From: Octopus sinensis
Lineage: Eukaryota
DNA length: 64,000 nt
Assembly: GCF_006345805.1 (NCBI RefSeq)
Contig: NC_043019.1
Location: forward strand, 3,782,001-3,846,000
Reading direction: 5' to 3'
Below are positions 50,609-63,247 of the stretch, piece by piece. The notes under the pieces were generated by a model that saw only the letters and a list, made by a program, of their open reading frames with translations, was not told the origin of the DNA and searched no databases. Within the stretch, counting starts at the first letter, position 1; every line of letters starts with the position of its first letter. The position numbers and the translations under genes were made by a program.

Positions 50609-50829
50609 TATTATAATTTTGCAATATTTTATTGATGAACTTTGGTATCTTTTATGCAGAACCCATTGTTAACACTTCTGTAGCTCAGTAAACGAGTTAA
50701 TAAAATTTTGGCACCTGAGCAAACTATTTGTTAGAACTCTGGCAACTTGCCCCCTGTATATAATCAGGTGTGTGTGTCTGTGTGTGAGCGCATTGGTATT
50801 AAAAAAAAACATATACACATACATATATG

Positions 50830-51225
50830 CAAGAGTGGCTGTGTGGTAAGTTGCTTGCTTACCAACCACATGGTTCCAGGTTCAGTCCCACTGCGTGGCA
50901 CCTTGGACAAGTGTCTTCTACTATAGCCCCGGGTCGACCAAAGCCTTGTGAGTGGATTTGGTAGACGGAAACTGAAAGAAATCCGTCGTATATATATATA
51001 TATATGTGTGTGTGTTTGTGTGTCTGTGTTTGTCCCCCCCAACATTGCTTGACAACCGATGCTGGTGTGTTTATGTCCCCGTCACTTAGTGGTTCGGCAA
51101 AAGTGACCAATAGAATAAGTACTGGGCTTACAAAGAATAAGTCCCGGGGTTGAGTTGCTCAACTAAAGGCGGTGTTCCAGCATGGCCGCAGTCAAATGAC
51201 TGAAACAAGTTAAAGAGTAAAAGAG
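50830..51225 (+). mobile_element. SINE-A
   Basis: Family match. Confidence 0.9.
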
Positions 51226-51474
51226 AATACATATCTTAACAAATATGGTATGCCTACATTTTTTTTTCTCATATATGGGTATATGTTTATCATCATCATC
51301 ATCATTTAACGTCTGTTTTTCCATGCTGGCATGGGTTGGATGGTTTGACCAGAGCTGGCAAGTGGGAGAGCTGCACCAGGTCCCAGTCTGATTTGGCATG
51401 GTTTCTATGACTGGATGCCCTTCCAAATGCCAACCACTTTACTGAGGATGTTGTGTACTTATATAGGTTGACTC

Positions 51475-51688
51475 AAGCTGGCAGAAACGTTAGCGCGCCG
51501 GGCGAAATGCTTAGCGATATTTCGTCTGTCGTTACGTTCTGAGTTCAAATTCCGTCGACTTTGCCTTTCATCCTTTTGGGGCCGCTAAATTAAGTACCAG
51601 TTACGCACTGGGGTCAATGTAATCGACTTAATTCGTTTGTCCTTGTTTGTCCTCGCCATGTTTAGCCCCTTGTGGGTAGTAAAGAAAT
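51475..51688 (+). mobile_element. SINE-B
   Basis: Family match. Confidence 0.85.
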
Positions 51689-51794
51689 ATATATAGGTTG
51701 ACCCCCCACCCCACAAAAATAAACAGAACCCAAAAACAATTTATTAAATCCTACAAAGGATTTAAACTTTGGTCTGTGTACAATCATTCCCTTT

Positions 51795-53630
51795 GCATAA
51801 AAGTCATGTTCTTTTCAAAATATGCTCCAAATGGCATAAGTCGTGCAAACACTTGCATATATCATGCAAAATTGTCAATTACTCAACCACATTCCTCTTT
51901 AGGGACTTCCCTGATTTCTGCTGCGATTGTGCCGGTGGCATGTAAAAAGCACCATCCGAACGTGGCCAATGCCAGCGTTGCCTTGACGGCTTCCGTGCCG
52001 ATGGCATGTAAAAAGCACCAACCAATCGTGGCCAATGCCAGCGTTGCCTTGACGGCTTCCGTGCCGATGGCATGTAAAAAGCACCATCCGAACGTAGCCA
52101 ATGCCAGCGTTGCCTTGACGGCTTCCGTGCCGGTGGCATGTAAAAAGCACCATCCGAACGTGGCCAATGCCAGCGTTGCCTTGACGGCTTCCGTGCCGAT
52201 GGCATGTAAAAAGCACCAACCGATCGTGGCCAATGTCAGCGTTGCCTTGACGGCTTCCGTGCCGATGGCATGTAAAAAGCACCATCCGAACGTGGCCGAT
52301 GCCAGCGTTGCCTTGACGGCTTCCGTGCCGATGGCATGTAAAAAGCACCAACCGATCGTGGCCAATGCCAGCGTTGCCTTGACGGCTTCCGTGCCGATGG
52401 CATGTAAAAAGCACCAACCGATCGTGGCCAATGCAGCGTTGCCTTGACGGCTTCCGTGCCGATGGCATGTAAAAAGCACCAACCGATCGTGGCCAATGCA
52501 GCGTTGCCTGACGGCTTCCGTGCCGATGGCATGTAAAAAGCACCAACCGATCGTGGCCAATGCCAGCGTTGCCTGACGGCTTCCGTGCCGATGGCATGTA
52601 AAAAGCACCATCCGAACGTGGCCAATGCCAGCGTTGCCTTGACGGCTTCCATGCCGGTGGCATGTAAAAAGCACCATCCGAACGTGGCCAATGCTAGCGT
52701 TGCCTTGACGGCTTCCGTGCCGATGGCATGTAAAAAGCACCAACCGATCGTGGCCAATGCCAGCGTTGCCTTGACGGCTTCCGTGCCGATGGCATGTAAA
52801 AAGCACCAACCGATCGTGGCCAATGCCAGCGTTGCCTTGACGGCTTCCGTGCCGATGGCATGTAAAAAGCACCAACCGATCGTGGCCAATGCCAGCGTTG
52901 CCTTGACGGCTTCCGTGCCGATGGCTTGTAAAAAGCACCATCCGAACGTGGCCAATGCCAGCGTTGCCTTGACGGCTTCCGTGCCGATGGCATGTAAAAA
53001 GCACCAACCAATCGTGGCCAATGCCAGCGTTGCCTTGACGGCTTCAGTGCCGATGGCATGTAAAAAGCACCATCCGAACGTAGCCAATGCCAGCGTTGCC
53101 TTGACGGCTTCCGTGCCGATGGCATGTAAAAAGCACCATCCGAACGTGGCCAATGCCAGCGTTGCCTTCACGGCTTCCGTGCCGATGGCATGTAAAAAGC
53201 ACCAACCGATCGTGGCCATTGCCAGCCTCGCCAGGCACCTGTGCCGGTGGCACGTAAAAAGCACCCACTAGACTCACGGAGTGGTTGGTGTGGTTGGTGT
53301 TAGGAAGGGCATCCAGCCGTAGAAACACTGCCAGATCAGACTGGAGCCTGGTGCAGCCTCCTGGCTTCCCAGACCCAGGTCAACCGTCCAATCCATACTA
53401 GCATGGAAAACGGATGTTAAACGATGATGATGATGATGATGATTGCTGCTTTCAGTTCACCAATCGTTTGAGGGTTATTCTGGTAAACATTATCCTTGAG
53501 ATACCCCCACAGATAAAAATCTGGGTGGGTGGATTTAAGTCCGGTGAATGCAGTTTCTCCTGAAGCCGCTCTCTCAGCCAGGCTAGGGAGTCATTTGATG
53601 CGTGGGGGTGGCCCCATCTTGCTGGAACCA
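51795..53630 (-). pseudogene. Tc1/mariner transposase C-terminal half split by a SINE-C insertion
   Basis: 53444-53630: WFQQDGATP..HSPDLNP-DFYLWGYLKDNVYQNNPQTIGELKAA; resumes at 51928: IAAEIREVPKEECG*VIDNFA..HLEHIL. Confidence 0.85.
51931..53222 (+). repeat. 66-bp minisatellite, about 20 units, inside a SINE-C (51930-53443)
   Basis: Period 66 (51931 to 51997); near-identical units. Confidence 0.95.
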
Positions 53631-53884
53631 CTGTTCATCTCAATCTATCCCTCCACGTCATTTTATTCAAAAATTTGTGGATTCTGTTTCTTTGTGGAGT
53701 CACCCTGTACATGGCACCAGCTCAGGTACTTTGTGTATGGTGCTGGCACAGGTACTATTACATAACTCCACAGGTGCTTTGTACATAGTGCTGGCATGGG
53801 TGCTTCTTTGTTTGGTACCACCACAGGGTACTTGCAGGCCAATCCTCTTCATCAAAGAGGGGTGGCATTAACAGTTCTGCTGTG

Positions 53885-54095
53885 AAGGCAGCGAGCTGGC
53901 AGAAACGTTAGCACGCCGGGCGAAATGCTTAGCGGTATTTCAAATTCCACCGAGGTCAACTTTGCCTTTCATCCTTTCAGGGTCGATTAAATAAATACCA
54001 GTTATGCACTGGGGTCAATATAATTGACTTAATCTGTTTGTCTGTCTTTGTTTGTCTCCTCTGTGTTTAGCCCCTTGTGGGTAGTAAAGAAATAG
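53885..54095 (+). mobile_element. SINE-B with an internal deletion
   Basis: Family match. Confidence 0.85.
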
Positions 54096-54159
54096 GAGGT
54101 AGGGTCTTCTTGAGTACAGCAAGGTACCAGATATTTCGTTTGTTTGTCATCTCCTCCCT

Positions 54160-54240
54160 AAGCACCAGTGTCTTGAGATCACCCTCCAGTACTTTATCTC
54201 ATGTCGCCCTGGGTCTTCCTCTTCCTCATGTTCCATACTC
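54160..54240 (-). mobile_element. RTE LINE 3' ORF remnant
   Basis: Translates approximately GRGRPRAT-DKVLEGDLKT. Confidence 0.45.
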
Positions 54241-54367
54241 TTCTTAATGCCAACTACTTTATTGAGCACACTGGGTGATTTTGGGTCCACTAGTGCTAGT
54301 GAGGACCTCTTTGTATCTTGCAAGGCTAAAGGCTAAGTTTCCCCCTATAACTGATGGGGGAATAGAT

Positions 54368-54915
54368 TAACCCTTTCGTTACTGTATTTCTGTTAAGATG
54401 CTCTGTGTTTCTTTCAATTACTTTAAATATAACAAAGAATTTAGTAAAATAACTTAGTTATCATTCAGCTAGTGTTGGGAATATAAATTGGGATTAAGGT
54501 TTGGTGGAAGATTTTAATTCAGAACTTATGAAAACAAGACATTTGTACTCAGAGCCAAAGCCGGTATCAGCCGGGTTGGTATGAAAAGGGTTAATTTGCA
54601 GATTTTGTTTCACATAGTTGTTTGGACTTGTTAGAAATAGCAGTCAGATCTTGTGCAAATTGAAGACACATTCGACTGAATGTCTTTAACCCTTTCGTTA
54701 CTGTATTTATTTTGAGATGCTCTGTGTTTCTTTCAATTAATTTTAAATATAACAAAGAATTTAGTAAAATAACTTAGTTAACATTCAGCTAGTGTTAGGA
54801 ACATAACTTGTGACTAAGGTTTGGTGGAGAGATTTTAATTCAAAACTTATGAAAACAAGACATTTGTACTACTGAGCCAGAGCCAGTTTTAGCTGGGTTG
54901 GTAACGAAAGGGATA
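54368..54915. mobile_element. piggyBac MITE - 95-bp spacer - MITE composite
   Basis: Reverse complement of the 12612-13265 arrangement. Confidence 0.85.
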
Positions 54916-55214
54916 ATAAATGAGCAACGATGATGAATAAAGGGATGAAGGCGGGTAAGATGAGGGCAACGAATTCATAGTTGCAGTAGGGTGGTAACGT
55001 GTGTGTGTGTGTGCATACATAACACTTGTGCGCCTTGTTTTTTGGTGACATTAATGTGTGCCTCATCAAACGCTGGACTTTATACTCTGCTATCATTAAA
55101 GGTACTGGCCTAAATCACACCTCTACAGTCACTGTATCTGTGTGTTTTTAGATATATTTGTATGTGTGTGTATTCATGTGCAATCAATTATACACACAGT
55201 TATTTATATACATC

Positions 55215-56035
<821 letters not shown>

Positions 56036-56283
56036 CACAAGCAATGAGTTAGTGTACAGTTTCTCTCAGCCAATATCTCTCACAAGGTATCTGTCAGCCC
56101 GAGGCTATACAAGAACACACTTGCCTGAGGTGCCCAGGGGCACGGTGGTACCCAAATCCACATTGTTATGAAGTGAATTCCTTATCCGAATAGATATGCC
56201 AGCCACCCACCTCTCACTATCAAACTGTATTTATTCATGTGTGTGTGTGTGTGTGTGTGTGCATACACATACACACACACAAA

Positions 56284-56324
<41 letters not shown>

Positions 56325-56414
56325 GTGTGTGTGTGTGTGTTGACAACAGCTCACAGCATTAATCTTTTCTAAGTAGAAAAAATTTTTTTTTGATTATCAT
56401 TGTTTATCTTTTGA

Positions 56415-56470
<56 letters not shown>

Positions 56471-56555
56471 TCTATCTGTGAAAAAGACGAAACAATTGAT
56501 ATTCTCTTAACCTGTATAAACATATATAATATATATATTGCACATGTGTGTGTAT

Positions 56556-56592
<37 letters not shown>

Positions 56593-57834
56593 CATACACC
56601 CATGCATACATTTTTGTATTTTTTTAATTTTCGTATTTACGTATAAATATATACGTAATATATATATTGCACATGTGTGTGTATACACACACACATATAT
56701 ATATATACACATACATACATCCATGCATACATTTTAAAATTTTTTAAAAATTATTTTCTATATATTTTCTTCAAATTTTTCTTTTATATTAATTTGCGAG
56801 CTTTCTATCACACACACACATGCTCGCAGACACACACACACACACACACAGATAGATAGACAGGATATGAAAATGATATCACCCCCAACTGCGTTGCCAT
56901 GTTACAAACGGCAAGACACGCTGTTCATTTCTGCTCCATTGCTAATTTCATTTAGTATCACCGGAATCATCATTTTATTGAAATTCATAGTTTTATCACA
57001 GTTTTATGGTTTCATGCAACCGTTAACTGCATTCCTTGAGATTGTTCCATTAATATCACTAAAAAATGTGTCTTAAGATAGTTGCAGCTTGCTTCAACCT
57101 GTTCTAACTGGCTCTACCTGCTCCAACCTGACCCCTACCATCTCTGTGTCCCCAAAGTCCATCCCCTCCTCACCGTGGTGGGGATGCTGGCAATGGGTTG
57201 TGTCAGAGCTATGCCATCAGGGACTTCGGTTCCTGGTAGGGCTACCCAAGGCGGATTGGTCTGACACCGAGTGGTATTAGGGTCACAACCCGGCACAACT
57301 TCCACTGAAGGTGCTTTGGGACACGCCAGCAGTGTGTCACAAACTGCTGGCAATGTCCCATTCTTCTTTTTTTTCCTTGAGCCACGAGAGGGTGGAGTTG
57401 TTCCATTTTGCCTGGAAGATCTTCCTTCTCTCCTGTAGCCTTTGGAATCTTCGGTGGGCAACGTTTGTTTTTTTTCTTTCTTTCTTTTTTTTCCTTTTTC
57501 CGAGGAGGTCTCCACCTCCTCAACTGCCCTCCTTCTCTTCCTCCAATCGGGGAGCAGGGAGCGGTATTTTTATTAACTGCTCCAGGACCTTACTTTGGTC
57601 ACATGTACCCTTAATGTACTTCTTGGGGAGATTCAGCGTGACGCAGAATGTGACAAGGCTGGCCCTTTGAATTACAGGTACTACTCATTTGTACCACCTG
57701 AGTGGACTGGAGCAATATGAAATAAAGCCTCTGGGCATTGAACTCACAACCTTACAATTATGAGTCAATTCCCTAACCACTAAGCCATGCACTTTCCCAA
57801 CTAAAACATAACACATTAGGCATCACATTTTCTG

Positions 57835-58460
57835 AGCGAGGATATTGCCAGTACCGCCTGACTGGCCCCTGTGCCATGGCACATAAAAGGACACCATTTG
57901 AGCATGATCATTACCAACGTCGCCTTACTGGCACTTGTGCCCATGGTAGATGAGTGCCAAGAGCACCATCCAAACATGATCATTGCCAGAGCAGCCAACT
58001 GGCTTCCGTGCCGGTGGCATGTAAAAGGGCACCATTTGAGCATGATCATTACCAATGTCGCCTTACTGGCACCTATGCCGGTGTCATGTGTAAAAAGATT
58101 CGAGCGAGGTCATTGCCAGTACTGCCTGATTGGCCCCTGTGCCATGGCATGTAAAAGGGCACCATCTGAGAGTGATCGTTACCAATGTCGCCTTACTGGC
58201 ATTGTGCCGGTGGCATGTGTAAAAAGATTCGAGCGTGGTCGTTGCCAGTACCGCCTGACTGGCCCCCATGCCGGTGGCACGTAAAAAGCACCCACTACAC
58301 TCTCAGAGTGGTTGGCGTTAGGAAGGGCATCCAGCTGTAGAAACTCTGCCAGATCAAGATTGGAGCCTGGTGCAGCCATCTGGCTCGCCAGCCCTCTGTC
58401 AAAATCGTCCAACCCATGCTAGCATGGAAAGCGGACGTTAAACGATGATGATGATGATTT
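57835..58460 (+). mobile_element. SINE-C with expanded internal repeats
   Basis: Family match. Confidence 0.85.
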
Positions 58461-59465
58461 TTTTCATTTTGTTAATTCAGATGTGTAGTATATTATGTAT
58501 TTGTACAACAGTTTGTGAAATGCAGTTTTCAGCAAAAATTTCATTGGGAAATGGCTAGAATTAGCTAATTAATGTATATGAGCTAAATGTATTCATTTTC
58601 ATTGAAATTTGAATGAAATATGTATAAAGCAGACGGAGCGTAATTGATATGTTGCTTACTTGTGTTAAAATGTATCTTTTAAAACTACATCTCATTCAAT
58701 ATTTAATTAAATGTGCAAATTAGCTAATTACATATTCAAATCTCAAATATGTAAATTTGATGCAATATTTTTTCGAATTTTTCAAATAGGTTACATTCCC
58801 CGATAAACCTGTTGTATATATTTTTTTTTAATCCTGTTTAAACAGAATTATATCATTGTTAAATCTATCAACAGTAATCTTTGTTTTAATAAGATATGTA
58901 TGGATTGTAGCCTGGCTGTGTGGTTAAGACATTTGCTTCTGAACCGCATGGATTTTGGGTTCAGTCCCTTGGCAGGACACCATGAGCAAATGTCTTACAC
59001 AATACATCCAAGCTGGCCAAAGCCTTGTGAGTGGATTTGGTTGATAGAAGCCAAAAGAAGCTCATTGTAAGGGTGATGGAATTCACAAGTTGTTTTATTC
59101 AAATCCACCACAATTATTTCAACCCACACATGACAACTGATTGTCCAGCATCCCAACTATGACCTCAGGTGCAGAAGGAATAAAAAGAATTGTATTGATT
59201 TTGAATAAAGAATCTCACGAATTCCATTTTCTGTATATAAAGGTCTATATGCGAGAGACCCCATCCTTTGGTCATGAACGACCGTAGGCTTGCACCTTGA
59301 AAGTTCCCCTCTGAAGCACAAGTCTGGGTGAGGTTGCCCATGCATACCAGCTTCCTCTCTCCACACCACCGATGTTATCCAAGGGAAAGGCAAAGGGGCC
59401 GATATAGCTTGGCACCATTGATGTTGCAACTATCAAACTGTATTTATTCATATGTGATACGGATA

Positions 59466-59790
59466 TGGTGCCTGTAGAGTGCTGCGTCTCAGGCGGCGTC
59501 CGGTGCGCTCTCGGTAGCCCTGGAAAATCTGGGTCTGTAATGATTCGCAGCTCTCGAGTTGGTCCATACCCACCATCCGCAGCAGGTAGCGCCAATGTAG
59601 GTAAGGGAAGTCAGCAAAATGGATCCGTACCTTCGGAAGAAGGATTGGCTCTGAGGACCGGGTCGGTCGGGCCGTGTGTGTTACTGTTTGCTCAGCATCG
59701 TGCCGTCAGGTGCCGGAACACGTCTTCACGCGAAGCAGCGGACCGGAACGGGGCTGTAGCGTTGGCGTCGGACTCAGCAACCCGGGCGCC
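59466..59790 (+). pseudogene. Decayed 28S rRNA fragment (conserved core plus following expansion segment)
   Basis: GGCGGCGTCCGGTGCGCTCTCG, ATCCGCAGCAGGT and CAATGTAGGTAAGGGAAGTCAGCAAAATGGATCCGTACCTTCGGAAGAAGGATTGGCTCTGAGG..GGGTCGGTCGGGC match eukaryotic LSU rRNA. About 30 nt of the conserved CTCCAAGGTGAACAGCCTCT block is missing. The right boundary is uncertain. Confidence 0.9.
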
Positions 59791-60020
59791 TTTCTACAAC
59801 TGAGTGAACTTGAGCAACATGAAATATATAAATGATATGAAACATCAAAGACTTTTCCATTCTTCCAAATCATGAAACTAATCAACCTGTTTGTTGTTCC
59901 CTCACCTATCTTGGTCTTTTGTTTTCTATACATTTTAACCGTGTGTGTGTGCATGTACTTCAAAAATTGTCTGTATGCATACCCAACCTCTAATCTTAAA
60001 ATTTTTATATTTTCTTGCAG

Positions 60021-60174
60021 AAATTCCTCAAGACCCATGGCCCTGACTTTCAAGCTGAGATGCCGGTTGCAATACATGGCATCACCAAATGTGATTTTTG
60101 CCAACGTCCCCCCGATATGAACTGTGGTAACCAAGAAGAGGAACTGCTTTGCTGTAAAGACTGCAACACCAAAG
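60021..60174 (+). CDS. Internal coding exon: start of PHD1 of a double-PHD-finger (KAT6/DPF/PHF10-like) chromatin reader
   Basis: Polypyrimidine tract and acceptor (tttatattttcttgcag|), donor AAAG|gtcaga. Open phase-0 frame KFLKTHGPDFQAEMPVAIHGITKCDFCQRPPDMNCGNQEEELLCCKDCNTK+G. The CxxC...N...EELLxCxDC spacing matches DPF/MOZ PHD1, and the phase-1 G fits a following AHPSC. Ortholog not identified. Confidence 0.85.
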
Positions 60175-60319
60175 GTCAGACTTTAAAAAAATTTTTTACT
60201 GTTGAGACACAGTCACGGAGCCTGTCATCTGGCTCTGTGTGTTCCTGTTGATGTCTCACTCCGCATCTAACTTTCTAGATAACTAACGAGATAGAGAGGT
60301 AGATTAAAAAGGGTAAAGA

Positions 60320-60880
60320 TCCCCTTTGGTCTTAAATGACCATGGGATTGCACCGAGAAAGTTACCCTCTGAGGCATAAGTCCCGACAAGGAAGTTTATG
60401 GAAGACCAGCTGTCGCCCATGCATACCTATTTCTTTATTACCCACAAGGGGCTAAACATAGAGGGGACAAACATGGACAGACATAGGTATTAAGTCGATT
60501 ATATCGACCCCAGTGCGTAACCGGTACTTAATTTATCGACCCCGAAAGGATGAAAGGCAAAGTCGACCTCGGCGGAATTTGAACTCACAACGTAATGGCA
60601 GCCGAAATACGGCTACGCATTTCGCCTGACGTGCTAACGATTCTGCCAGCTCGCCGCCCATGCATACCAGCTTCCCCTCTCCACATCACCAACGTTACCC
60701 AAGGGGAAAAAGCAAAGGGCAATTCAGCTAGGCACCTGTGAGGCTGTAACTCATTTCTACAGCTGAGTGAACTGGAGCAACGTGAAATAAAGTGTCTTGC
60801 TCAAGCACACAGCTCAGTCTGGGAATTGAACTCAGCACCTCATGGTTGTGAGCCCAACACTGTAACCACTGAGCCATTTA
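60320..60880 (-). mobile_element. SINE-F with a nested SINE-B (60428-60655) and a 13-bp TSD
   Basis: GCCCATGCATACC at 60415-60427 and 60656-60668. Confidence 0.9.
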
Positions 60881-60967
60881 TCAAGATCCATAAGTTCTGA
60901 ACCATTTTTTGCCTGTGGAACCCTTTGATTACAATTTCATTCTGGTGGGCCCCCTTAGCCATTCTCT

Positions 60968-61512
60968 GCCAGGTGTCATAGGGACCCCATTGAGAATCAC
61001 TGTGGTCCCCCAAAAACCTTATGTGGACTGCCAGGTATCATAGGGACCCCATTGAGAATCACTGTGGTCCCCCAAAAACCTTATGTGGACTGCCAGGTGT
61101 CATAGGGACCCAATTGAGAATCACTGTGGTCCCCCAAAAACCTTATGTGGACTGCCAGGTGTCATAGGAACCCCATTGAGAATCACTGTGGTCCCCCAAA
61201 AACCTTATGTGGACTGCCAGGTGTCATAGGGACCCCATTGAGAATCACTGTGGTCCCCCAAAAACCTTATGTGGACTGCCAGGAATCATAGGCACCCCAT
61301 TGAGAATCACTGTGGTCCCCCAAAAACCTTATGTGGACTGCCAGGTGTCATAGGGACCCCATTGAGTATCACTGTGGTTCCTCAAAAACCTTATGTGGAC
61401 TGCCAGGTGTCATAGAGACCCCATTGAGAATCACTGTGGTCTCCCAAAAACCTTATGTGGACTGCTAGGTGTCATAGAGACCCCATTGAGAATCACTGTG
61501 GTCCCCCAAAAA
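60968..61512 (+). repeat. 62-bp satellite, array 1 (about 9 units)
   Basis: GCCAGG at 60968, 61030, 61092, 61154 and onwards. Confidence 0.95.
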
Positions 61513-61621
61513 GCTGGTTTTATAAATACTTCTTTCAAAGTTTCTGCCTCTCACACGTTCATTTATGTAGCTTTGCAATAGCCACTGTCTGGGAGAACAT
61601 GTTTCAATGACCAGACACACG

Positions 61622-62085
61622 TTCATCATCATCATCATCGTTTAACGTCCGCTTTCCATGCTAGCATGGGTTGGACGATTCGACCGGGGATCTGGGAAGC
61701 CAGGAGGCTGCACCAGGCTCCAGTCTGATCCGGCAGTGTTTCTACAGCTGGATGCCCTTCCTAACGCCAACCACTCCGTGAGTGTAGTGGGTGTCTTTTA
61801 CGTGCCACCGGCACAGGTGCCAGAGGAGCCTGGCAACGGCCACGATTGATTGGTGCTTTTCATGTGCCACAGGCACAGAAGCCAGTCGAGGTAGTGCTAG
61901 CATCAACCACGTACAGATGGTGCTTTTTACGTGCCACCGGCACAGGTGCCATGAGAGGCTGGCAATGGCCACGATCAGTTGGTGCCTTTTACGTGCCACC
62001 TACACGGAAGCCAGTCAAGGTGGCGCTGGCATCGGCCACATACGGATGGTGCTTTTTAGATGCCTCCGGCACAGGTGGCACATGT
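61622..62085 (-). mobile_element. SINE-C
   Basis: Family match, about 5 internal repeats. Confidence 0.85.
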
Positions 62086-62229
62086 TGAATTATGTAAAAC
62101 ATTCAGAACATTAGAGAAAGAAATTTAACTGTTCTTGCAATACTTAAATATGTTGAGTATAAAATCTTTCCATGGATGCTTCAAATATTACTGTGGATCC
62201 TCAATTTACTATTTTGCTAGTATAGACAC

Positions 62230-62895
62230 CTAAAAACCGTTTGTGGACCATCAGGTGTAATATGGACCCCTATCGAGAATCTCTGCAGTCCCTCAAAAAC
62301 CTTATGTGGACCACCAGCTGTCATATGGAGCCCCATTGAGAATTACTGTGGATTGCCAGGTGTCATAGGGATCCCACTGAGAATCACTGTGGTCCCCCAA
62401 AAACCTTATGTGGACTGCCAGGTGTCATAGGGACCCCGCTGAGAATCACTGTGGTCTCCACCAAAACCTTATATGGACCGCCAGGTGTCATGGACCCCCA
62501 CTAAGAATCACTGTTGTCCCCCCCAAAATCTTATGTGGACCGCCAGGTGTCATAGGAACCCCGCTGAGAATCACTGTGGTCTCCACCTAAACCTTATGTG
62601 GACTGCCAGGTGTCATATGGACTTCCATTGAGAATTACTATGGTCCCCCCAAAACCCTATGTGGACCACCAGGTATCATAGGGACCCCGCTGAGAATCAC
62701 AGTGGTCTCCACCAAAACCTTATGTGGACTGCCAGGTGTCATAGGGACCCCATTGAGAATCACTGTAGTTCCCCAAAAAACCTTATGTGGATCGCCAGGT
62801 GTCATATGGACCCCCATTAAGAACCTCTGTGGTCCTCACCAAAACCTTATGTGGACTGCCAGGTGTCATATAGACCCCTATTGAGAATCACTGTT
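62230..62895 (+). repeat. 62-bp satellite, array 2 (about 10 more diverged units)
   Basis: Same unit as array 1. Confidence 0.9.
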
Positions 62896-63247
62896 CTAGA
62901 GCCACCTAGCTTGTTAGTTATTGGTTCTGTGTCTACCTATCCATATATATGTTACCAGGTAGCCCATTTGTTTGTTTATTATGATTTTAAGCTATGCTTA
63001 AGGTTCTTCCAATCAGTGTCATATACTATTAGGGTTGTGGGTTGCCTACCAACTGTGATGAACTTCCCTTCATCCATCAATGCATTCTGTGCTCTGATAT
63101 TGGATTACTTAACTGTCTGGCCAATAATGGTGGTGTGCCTCGTTTCGACGTAGCTTTTATGGATCTCTTGTAGTCAAGTCTGTGTGTGTGTGTATGCATG
63201 CGTGTGTGTATGTATGTATGTATGTATGTATGTCTGCACGAATGTCA

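Noticed and set aside
51698-53271. Long ORFs (up to 374 aa) with 22-aa Cys/His repeats
   Set aside because: They arise from a 66-bp SINE-derived minisatellite that is open in several frames on both strands; no splice or start context
59465-59803. GC-rich 112-aa ORF
   Set aside because: The sequence is 28S rRNA-derived
60968-62895. CRISPR-like regular array
   Set aside because: Units repeat over their entire length with no unique spacers; eukaryotic context and no cas genes
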